A DNA stretch of 29,280 nucleotides from a virus. The stretch lies in the IMG/VR virus record IMGVR_UViG_3300045988_140557, positions 1 through 29,280 of that record; one strand, given 5' to 3'. The position numbers and the translations under genes are program-made. Below are positions 1 to 7,075 of this stretch, in pieces (the stretch's first letter is position 1; every line of letters starts with the position of its first letter). The notes below the pieces were generated by a model that saw only the letters and a program-made list of their open reading frames with translations, was not told the DNA's origin and did not search any database.

Positions 1-55
1 AATAAAATCTGAACTAATAATCTCATTCCAAACATAATCTTTTCAAATTGGAGAT
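1..55. repeat. Terminal 55-nt overlap identical to 29226..29280. This is the closure overlap of a circular assembly, not a biological repeat.
   Basis: Read directly: the first 55 nt equal the last 55 nt. A long minus-strand ORF stays in frame across the junction. Confidence 0.9.
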
Positions 56-1245
56 ATATCAGATTTAACTGATTGAGTAATATTAATAGATAAATTAATA
101 ATACTTGAACTATTCTTTATAACAGATACTCCAATAGTTGCTTTTCTGGAAGATAATCCAGAATTTTCCGCAATGTTCAAACTAATAGTTGCTACACCTT
201 GAGAATTTACAGATAACTTCTGTCCACTAATCCAACCTACAGGAATACTAAATACAACATCATCTAAGTTATTAGAACCTGTTCCTATTATATTTAATGT
301 AGATGCAGTTCAACTTACTTCATAATTAGTATTAGGAATCATTAAAGATGTTGCAGATTGTTTAATTGGAACTGTAGCTTCAAGAGTGTAACCTCCAGAA
401 GTTGTTGCAGTAACCATTGCACTAAACTCTAAATTATTAGTAGTTTTATTCTCTGGAACAGTTAATACAAAATAGTTATCAACACTATCCTTTTTAATAT
501 TACTAGCTTGAGGACAGGTAACATTAAATGAGGTAATAGTTTCTTCTGCTTTAGTTGTACTTAAATGAAACTCTTCAGTAACAAAAGCAGCTGCTCCATA
601 AGTTCCAGAAGAAGGAGTTACTACTAATTTTAAATCTTCAGGAATATTACTCTTTTCAATCTTAAAGTTATAAGTAGAACTAATAAATTTATTAGTATCA
701 TAGTAAGCCCCTAATTGGATAGTTGCAGTTAAATCAGTATTTCATTGAGTATTAGCTCTTACTGTAACTTTAAACTTAATAGAGCAAGAATCTCAATCCA
801 GAACTTTCATATTAACTAAAGCTGTAGCATTAACAACTGCTGCATCTCATTTAATAATATCTGATCTATTTAATATATACTCTACTGTATATTCTCCACC
901 AGTATTTGGTACTTTAATGCTGTCATTAGCAGGATAATATCCAGGAGCTTTACTATGTAAATTAATTGGTAAATGTTCCACTAATAAAGCAGTAGTAAGA
1001 CCTCTAGGATACAAATGAAATACAGTAGAAGAATCAGTAGTTATTGTTGTAGGAGATAAAAATTGTATTGTACATCCAGAAGTACTAGGTTCTTGTATAG
1101 TTACATTTAAAGGCCCTTCTTCAGTATAATTAAATCCCCAAGTCCAATAATATTCTCCAGTAATTCCCCATCCAGGATTATTCCATTTAACAGGAAAACT
1201 CCTTGATGCATTATATATTCCTAATTTACTTGGTATAAATGCCAT
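1..1245 (-). CDS. N-terminal part of a 725-aa virion tail/baseplate-type protein. The ORF starts at ATG 1245, runs off position 1 and continues 29225 -> TAA 28293.
   Basis: I checked triplets from 849 down to 1. The only in-frame stops are TGA, at 847, 793, 742, 310 and 43; there is no TAA or TAG. The frame is continuous with 28905..29198 and 28293..28676 through the 55-nt overlap. The sequence is Ser/Thr/Asn-rich and beta-sandwich-like (e.g. ...SSRKATIGVSVIKNSS...). Confidence 0.7.
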
Positions 1246-1247
1246 TT

Positions 1248-1727
1248 TTAAAAGTTTTTAAATACATTATCAACTTGTGTTTCTAAATCTTTTGTTATTG
1301 CATTATCTAATAACATATAAGCATCTAATTCAGTTAATGATTCCTCTAATAGATGCTTGCCTTCAATTCCCCTTCTAGAAATCTTTCTTGCTATTAAATA
1401 TGCTAATTGATCAATAGTTGGAAGTGATCCGTTATATGGACGAGGTAATACAGGTTTAGTTTGTATCCATCTTTTTATATCACTAATAGGAGGAAACTTT
1501 CCTGCATTTCTACCATCCTCAACATACTTCCAATAATCTTGTATTTGCAAACTAACTTCATATACTTCATCTTGATCTTCAACTATATAATTAAGTGTAT
1601 TACCAAGAGTTCCCGTATCATCTGAACCAGTTTGTAGTAATTTCTGCCTATATATAGAAAGTAATTGTTCTCCATATTGTTTTAAGACAGCTTCTAAATT
1701 GGGAAAATCCAAAACTTGATTTGCCAT
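1248..1727 (-). CDS. Head-tail joining / tail-completion protein, HK97 gp10-like (tentative).
   Basis: Intact 159-aa ORF. It has a DTGTLGNTLNY motif resembling the DTGxLrnS signature of gp10-type proteins. It is the first gene of the tail module. TAA stop. Confidence 0.4.
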   Translation of the reverse strand: MANQVLDFPNLEAVLKQYGEQLLSIYRQKLLQTGSDDTGTLGNTLNYIVEDQDEVYEVSLQIQDYWKYVEDGRNAGKFPPISDIKRWIQTKPVLPRPYNGSLPTIDQLAYLIARKISRRGIEGKHLLEESLTELDAYMLLDNAITKDLETQVDNVFKNF

Positions 1728-1769
1728 TTTTACTAAAATATATCATTCTCATATTGAGTATCTAAACAC

Positions 1770-1794
1770 AAATAGGGAGATTTACTCCCTATTT
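1770..1794 (-). terminator. 10-bp stem / 5-nt loop hairpin (AAATAGGGAG attta CTCCCTATTT) directly beside repeat element A.
   Basis: Perfect inverted repeat with A/T-rich flanks. On the minus strand it is followed by TTTGTGTTT. Confidence 0.55.
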
Positions 1795-1797
1795 AAG

Positions 1798-1847
1798 TGT
1801 CAAGTTTTTTACTCACTTTTAGTAGTTAAAATAAATAAAAACTGACA
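1798..1847 (+). repeat. 50-nt intergenic element, copy A: TGTCAAGTTTTTTACTCACTTTTAGTAGTTAAAATAAATAAAAACTGACA.
   Basis: The first 18 nt are identical in copies A-D. The termini are inverted (TGTCA...TGACA). Confidence 0.85.
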
Positions 1848-1992
1848 TTTTAGTGTTTAGCTTTTCAAAGATCTATTTGCCTTTTTTCTTCTTTTCCTTT
1901 ATCAAGTAAGTAACAAATAATATTCAAGAACTCTTGAATCTGCATATCATATACTTGATGCCAATTTAACCTTGTTACTTCACTAACCCTGT

Positions 1993-2652
1993 CTATTCAA
2001 CAAATCCAGTTCCATTTTTGACTAAATTCAGAGTTTGTCTCGCCTGAACTATCCTCTTCCGTAATTGATATTTCTTTACTGGATCTTTCTCCTTTTTCAT
2101 CAATTTCTTCATCTCCCGCATTGAAGAGATTAGGGTAGCTATGGTTAAGCTCTCTAATAATTTGCAAAAAAAAACCATAATGTCTGTAACAATAGTAATT
2201 GGAATTTTATCATATAATTCATCTGCTAATTCCATTACATCATAGCCCTCATTATACTTCTTTCCTTTAGGAATTAAAAAGCATAAGAATATATACTTCT
2301 GATTCTTTTCATAATCTTTATAAAAGTTCTGAAAATCAATATACTGAGCAGCAGTCATATTTCTGAGATTTAATTGAACTGTATATTTATTACCATCAAT
2401 GTCATATTCAGTTTCTGGAACTTTGGATTTATATTTATTTACAATAAAATGAATTTTACTAAGTTCTATAGATAGTTGATCTACAGTCATATTTAATAAA
2501 GCATCCCTTGCTTCATCTGGGTTATCTGTAAGTAATGCATAGATCTCAATACTCCTATCTAAATCTGTCATTTTTACATCACTCATAATAAATGCATTTA
2601 AAGCTTGGAATTTCTTTAAAGATACTTCTTCCCATTTAGTTGCTACATTCAT
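1993..2652 (-). CDS. Hypothetical protein (219 aa) immediately downstream of TerL.
   Basis: Intact ORF with no TGA. Its ATG lies 2 nt from the TerL stop. TAG stop. I recognise no motif. Confidence 0.5.
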   Translation of the reverse strand: MNVATKWEEVSLKKFQALNAFIMSDVKMTDLDRSIEIYALLTDNPDEARDALLNMTVDQLSIELSKIHFIVNKYKSKVPETEYDIDGNKYTVQLNLRNMTAAQYIDFQNFYKDYEKNQKYIFLCFLIPKGKKYNEGYDVMELADELYDKIPITIVTDIMVFFCKLLESLTIATLISSMREMKKLMKKEKDPVKKYQLRKRIVQARQTLNLVKNGTGFVE

Positions 2653-2653
2653 A

Positions 2654-3901
2654 CTATTTAATTTTAATATTATAATGTCCTTTGTTTGTATTTAATGAGT
2701 CATAGGCTAACATTAATGAAATTACTGTATCATCATTAAATCCAGATGGAGCATTATAACTAACATTTCCAGTTTTTGGATTATATGAAGCCTCATATAG
2801 TCTTAACTCATTTAAAAGTTTATCATCTTTTAATAATCCTATCTTTTCATTCTCCAAAGCAGCTTGAAGCTTATTAACTATATCTGCCTTACTCTTATTA
2901 GTAGTTAAGAATCGTATAATTCTGATTTTCGGATTCTTCCGAACTAACATATCATAGAAGACACTACCAATTGAGTTTTGTTCAACTTGTACAATCTTTA
3001 TAAATCCTTGATACTCAGTTAGTATATTTGTTAATAAATCAACTTGCTCTGTTGGAGTTTTATCGTTAAAATACTTTATAAAGACCATTTGCCCAGATTC
3101 ATTTAAAGCAGTAACACAAGTATAGTCTTTACCACTTCCAGTAGCTCAGTCTATTCCTATATAAAGACTCTGATAATCTGGTTTTTTCTCAATTATGCAA
3201 TTAGCTATATTATTAAATAAACAGCCATCATCATCTGCAAATTCCCCTAAGTATTCAGTTCTAAATTTATTTTTTGAGGTTGTAAGTCGATACATCTCTA
3301 ACTTCTCTTTATCTAAAAGCATAGATGTATCTTCTAAAGCCCAATCAAATGATTTATAGAACTTGTCATATTTTGGATCTAACCCTTTAGTAAAGCAGTC
3401 ATAAAAGAAACCCTCTCGGAACCTTGGAGTACTAATAATTAATATTGGAGCAGACCAAACATCAGCTATAGGAGTTAATATTTCAAATACTTCATCCGAT
3501 ATATATGCTGCTTCGTCTATTACTAATAATCCACTTACTGTAAATCCTCGTAATGAATCTTTTTGCTCTGCAGATTTAAATAGTATTTCACTCCCATTAG
3601 TAAACTCTATTTCTAACAATGACTCATTTTTCTTTTTAATAAGATCACATTCTCCAAGAGCTTTTATGATTTCCTTAAATATTTTTCTACTATTAGTTAA
3701 AGTGGGTTCTACTATACAACTAATACTGCCTGGATAATTTATAGAGAATCTTAATAATTCATTTTCTGCCATAAATGACTTTCCACATTGTCTTTTAGCT
3801 TTTACTGTAAATATTTTTCCAGATCTATAAGAGTCATTCATTGCAGTATGTACTTTGTACTGATAAATAAATGGCCTATATCCTTTATATATCCTTGTCA
3901 T
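2654..3901 (-). CDS. terL: Terminase large subunit (415 aa), made of fragments 3146..3901 and 2654..3088 joined through TGA 3146-3148.
   Basis: Walker A (KAKRQCGKS) and Walker B (LLVIDEAA) lie in the N-terminal fragment. Read-through gives GID-W-ATGSGKDYT, which starts an RNaseH-like nuclease domain in the same frame. There is no TAA/TAG in the 3089-3145 gap. TAG stop. Confidence 0.85.
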
Positions 3902-4337
3902 TTATAATGGGGTCTCCAAATTTAAATTGGCATTCATTATTTTGAATATTAACTTGAATTTCTGGTTGATTTAATCCAAACATAGAATTTATTGTTTTAA
4001 TAACTTCAGTAGCAGATCTTACATCATTTTTACTAACAGCAATATCCAATAATGTTTCCAATCTTGTTAATTGTATATGTCTTAAATTCTTTATAAGATT
4101 ATCGTTTTTATCTGCAATAATCTTATAAGCTTCCCTAATATATTTAGCAGCAGTAGTTTGTCCAACTCCATATTTAGTTTGAAGTTCTTCACTTACTTTA
4201 TTTCTAGATCATCCTTTATTAAATAATCTTGCTGCATAAAGATATTTAGTTTTTTGTTCGTCTATTTGATTCTCTTTTACCTCTTCCTTTCTTGGCCTCC
4301 CTGTTTTCTTCGGCAGCTCTTGATCCTTCACTTTCAT
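3885..4337 (-). CDS. terS: Terminase small subunit candidate (150 aa; one TGA at 4209-4211).
   Basis: Not in the ORF track because TGA splits it. Translation: MKVKDQELPKKTGRPRKEE...YLYAARLFNKG-W-SRNKVSEELQTKYGVGQTTAAKYIREAY. This is a basic N-terminus plus a helix-turn-helix. It ends 17 nt inside terL and overlaps the upstream ORF by 92 nt in another frame. Confidence 0.55.
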
Positions 4338-4581
4338 TTGTTTTTAATTTTTCTTGATATTCAAAATAGATTGGAGCAATCCTCTTTATAAGATTAAGTA
4401 TACAAGTAGCACAAGCTACGCTCATTCTATATTCTTGTTCAATTAAGTATTCATAAATCTCTTTAAGCTTAATTACATCCTGCTTTTGTACATTTCTGCA
4501 ATAATTAGACTTAGTTGCAGTTACAAATCTATCTTCAAATCCTCTTAAATATTTAAACTGCTCTTCTGTTAATTGTTTCAT
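4246..4581 (-). CDS. Hypothetical protein (111 aa) with a basic C-terminal tail.
   Basis: Intact ORF with a TAA stop. Its charged tail overlaps the terS start. Confidence 0.45.
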   Translation of the reverse strand: MKQLTEEQFKYLRGFEDRFVTATKSNYCRNVQKQDVIKLKEIYEYLIEQEYRMSVACATCILNLIKRIAPIYFEYQEKLKTNESEGSRAAEENREAKKGRGKRESNRRTKN

Positions 4582-4670
4582 AATTAGCGCTTTTTAGTAT
4601 AAGTAAATATAGAAATTAACTTTCCATTCTTGTAGTGATAAATAACTTCTGTTTCCATAAAATATAATTT

Positions 4671-5000
4671 TTAATCAATAAGTTTGTATATAACATCTAT
4701 TAGTTTAGTAGATGCATCTTTTAATAATATCATAATATCTTTAATAATTGGAGTCATAAATGCTAATAGTGCAATATATCCAACCATTAAAATTGAAAAT
4801 TGACTTGTAATAAGAATATATATTAATCCAATTCACCAAGTCATACATAAACTGCAATCTAAAGGTTTTAGTCTTCAATCTTCTTTATAAGGCATACCTT
4901 TAAATAGTCTTTTTCAAATACTATGTTTAAAACTATCTAAAGCTCCAGATAAATCAATTATAAAGACTATTATTACTGCTATTATAAATAATTCTAACAT
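4671..5000 (-). CDS. Small integral membrane protein (109 aa) with a CxxC motif. Three TGAs at 4914, 4875 and 4833.
   Basis: Absent from the track. The table-4 translation is MLELFIIAVIIVFIIDL...KPLDCSLCMTW-W-IGLIYILITSQFSILMVGYIALLAF..., giving about 3 hydrophobic helices. TAA stop. Confidence 0.55.
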
Positions 5001-5239
5001 AATCTCTCTCTTATTTGTTTAATAAATCTTTGAATTGTAGTATGACTAATTCCCAATATTCTTCCCACTTCTCTATAACTGCGATATTCAGCATATAATA
5101 TGATTACTGTCTTATCTGCCTTATTAAGCTCAAGTCATTTTGGATATATACTTAATAATCTATCATCCATATTTGTAAACATACTATAGTCTATCTCATA
5201 CTCAGTAAGCAAATCATCAATATTAATCTTCCGTTTCAT
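4994..5239 (-). CDS. Sigma-70 region-4-like HTH protein (81 aa; TGA at 5135-5137).
   Basis: The translation contains ...LNKADKTVIILYAEYRSYREVGRILGISHTTIQRFIKQIRERLC. This resembles the sigma r4 / LuxR-type HTH layout. TAG stop. Confidence 0.45.
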
Positions 5240-5531
5240 TTAATCAATCCTCCAATTCGTCATTTTGTTGTTCAAGTGGTTCTTTAACAATCTCATAATA
5301 TTTCTTATAAGTATAGTAATATCTACTTGTTTTACTAAACCAATAATTCTTAAATAATCTTGTAATCCAAAATTTCAATTCATTTTTGCTATCAAGCTGA
5401 TTTAATTTTGGATTTGATGTTTCCAGAAGGTCTAGTACACACATCTGGAAACAATCATCATCCATTCCAAATTTAAGTTTTAACTCTTGGCAGAAGTCAT
5501 AGTATTTGGTAATAATCTCATTATTTGTCAT
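5223..5531 (-). CDS. Sigma-70 region-2-like protein (95 aa to TGA 5244; 102 aa if TGA is read).
   Basis: DDDCFQMCVLDLL and ELKFWITRLFKNYWFSKTSR resemble the sigma r2.1-r2.4 pattern (xDxxQxxfl ... Wlxxixxnxxxdxxr). It sits directly upstream of the r4-like ORF. Confidence 0.4.
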
Positions 5532-5955
5532 TTGCTATATAGTTACTAAATTCTGTATTTACATCTATCTTGATGGCTTTCTTTAAAGACAACTCTGTTT
5601 TTAATGAATAGCCATAAGTTCCTCCAAAATCTGTTGTAGAACAACCATATTTCATAGAATCCTTTATAAAGGCTTGTTTTATATCTTTAAATATATATAC
5701 TCCATCATCAAATATTATTACTAATATAGAATTATTTCTTGATAGCATATCAAATTTATCCCTATTAATAATAGTGGTTGGATATTTATTAGAATTAAAT
5801 CTTCTCCTTTTAACTTCAATTATATAATCAATTCCATTCCAATTAAATGTTCCATCATATCTGGAATAATCATCTTTACATCATTCTATATCTATATTAA
5901 ATTTCTCTTTAAATAGATTCTTTGTAAAGACTAAGCTTCTTATATCTGTTTTCAT
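5521..5955 (-). CDS. PD-(D/E)xK-like nuclease candidate (144 aa; TGA at 5881-5883).
   Basis: Extending the track ORF 5521..5748 upstream through TGA gives MKTDIRSLVF...IE-W-CKDDYSRYDGTFNWNGIDYIIEVKRRRF..., a D...E-x-K arrangement. The start has a TAATG overlap with the upstream gene. Confidence 0.4.
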
Positions 5956-6194
5956 TATTTTATATTATTAATTTTAAGTGTTAAATCACAATATTCTTCA
6001 TATAAATTAGATACTTCTTCACTTGCTGGATTAACCCACATTACTGAATCTAATTTATGTTTTAATTCTGCTCTTTCTAATCTTAATTCAAATGTTTTAT
6101 GTTGTCTTTCCTGATAGACTTCATTTACTCTAAAACCTGCAATAATTGAAGATGCAATTAAAAGGCCAACTAAAATTTTATTTATTTTTTTCAT
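5955..6194 (-). CDS. Small N-terminally anchored membrane/secreted protein (79 aa). It is the first gene of the minus-strand block.
   Basis: Intact ORF with the hydrophobic N-terminus MKKINKILVGLLIASSIIAGF. Confidence 0.5.
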   Translation of the reverse strand: MKKINKILVGLLIASSIIAGFRVNEVYQERQHKTFELRLERAELKHKLDSVMWVNPASEEVSNLYEEYCDLTLKINNIK

Positions 6195-6239
6195 AATTTT
6201 ATTATTTAATATGTTATTACTTGTTTTATTATTGTACTA

Positions 6240-6271
6240 CAAAGATAATACATTTTTATTCAATTTCCAAA
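6240..6271 (-). promoter_or_regulatory. Promoter for the minus-strand block: TTTG-N20-TATCTTTG.
   Basis: On the minus strand, TTTG is at 6271-6268 and TATCTTTG at 6247-6240, about 45 nt upstream of ATG 6194. It fits the Bacteroidota -33/-7 consensus. It also fits a generic TTGnnn-N17-TATnTT promoter. Confidence 0.55.
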
Positions 6272-6347
6272 TTTTTTAGGTATTATTTTTATTATTTTCA
6301 AAAAAATATTACTATTTGTATTTTTATTATATTTTAATAAAAACAAT

Positions 6348-6833
6348 ATGATTTACATAATTAAATTAACTAAAACGAATTTTATTAAAGTTGGTTACAC
6401 CACTAATATAAGTGGTAGACTAACTGCTTATAAAAACACTATTCCAAATGAAATGATAGAATTTTTTATAGCAAAAGAAGGAACTAGAGATGATGAAAAT
6501 TATTATAGAGATAAATATAGAGCATATAAAACTAAGAGTAATTCAGAATGGTTAAAACTTCCAGATGAATTAATTGTAGAGCTATTATCAGATTTTAAGA
6601 GTGCAAATAATATAAAAATAAATAAACAAAGTAAAAAAGAGTGATATAATGAGAATATAGATAAATTAGTAGAATTGTGTTTATCTGGAGTATCATTAAA
6701 TAGAGCTGCAATTCAATTAAACGCACTAAATTGAGATTGAATAAAATATGCTAATCAAAGATATGAAAAAGAGAATGGTAAAAAATTAACAAAACTTTGG
6801 GTAAGAAAAATAAAGAAAAGTTTTGCAGAATAA
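6348..6833 (+). CDS. T5orf172 (GIY-YIG-superfamily)-like domain fused to a C-terminal HTH (161 aa). The fusion requires reading TGAs at 6642, 6732 and 6738.
   Basis: The N-terminus, IYIIKL..IKVGYTTNISGRLTAY...SEWLKL, fits the T5orf172 pattern. After TGA 6642 the same frame stays open to TAA 6831 and reads NENIDKLVELCLSGVSLNRAAIQLNALN-W-D-W-IKYANQRYEKENGKKLTKLWVRKIKK. Confidence 0.6.
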
Positions 6834-6852
6834 AAATTTATTATTATATTTG
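6822..6852 (+). promoter_or_regulatory. Promoter candidate: TTTG-N19-TATATTTG.
   Basis: TTTG at 6822-6825 and TATATTTG at 6845-6852. It overlaps the end of the T5orf172-HTH gene. Confidence 0.45.
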
Positions 6853-6900
6853 TAGTGTAAAGAAAAAAAATAATTTTTATTAAAAATAATACCTAAATTA

Positions 6901-6932
6901 TTTGGAAGTATAAAAATAATGTTGTATCTTTG
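6901..6932 (+). promoter_or_regulatory. Promoter candidate: TTTG-N20-TATCTTTG.
   Basis: TTTG at 6901-6904 and TATCTTTG at 6925-6932. The -7 box and the following GTAGTA are shared with the 6240 promoter. Confidence 0.5.
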
Positions 6933-6960
6933 TAGTATGAAACTAAAACTAATAATTCTA

Positions 6961-6986
6961 GGCAGGTGAAAATCCTGCCACTTTTT
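6961..6986 (+). terminator. Intrinsic-terminator-like hairpin, GGCAGG tgaaaat CCTGCC followed by ACTTTTT.
   Basis: 6-bp GC stem, 7-nt loop and a T-run. It lies about 30 nt downstream of the 6925 promoter box and 10 nt upstream of element B. Confidence 0.55.
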
Positions 6987-6995
6987 GAATCTTAC

Positions 6996-7045
6996 TGTCA
7001 AGTTTTTTACTCAAATTTAGTAGTAAGAAAATAAAAATATTGACA
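6996..7045 (+). repeat. 50-nt intergenic element, copy B: TGTCAAGTTTTTTACTCAAATTTAGTAGTAAGAAAATAAAAATATTGACA.
   Basis: It carries the 18-nt invariant core and the TGTCA...TGACA termini. Confidence 0.85.
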
Positions 7046-7075
7046 AAAACTTTAACTATTTAAATTATTAAAATT

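Noticed and set aside
1-55. The 55-bp terminal repeat as a genuine phage direct terminal repeat.
   Set aside because: It lies in the middle of a structural gene whose frame continues across the junction. Its length is typical of an assembler k-mer overlap. I interpret it as circular closure.
1993-1995. The possibility that TAG is also reassigned, since amber recoding is common in gut phages.
   Set aside because: No ORF break occurs at TAG. The four TAGs that end genes (1993, 2654, 4994, 9285) sit at sensible protein ends, followed by intergenic sequence or by the next start codon.
6961-6990. A possible tRNA T-arm (GCAGG-TGAAAAT-CCTGC) as a remnant of a suppressor tRNA. I also examined an ATTCAAG loop with a TCA triplet near 1925-1945.
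   Set aside because: There is no matching acceptor, D or anticodon arm at tRNA distances. The loop lacks the T-psi-C consensus. The 1925-1945 site has no pairing stem flanks. These read better as a terminator and a simple hairpin.
6786-7001. Minus-strand ORF of 71 aa covering the 6834-7075 intergenic region.
   Set aside because: Its sequence is low-complexity (FILPNNLGIIFNKNYFF...). It spans two promoter-like sites, a hairpin and part of element B. It has no plausible start context.
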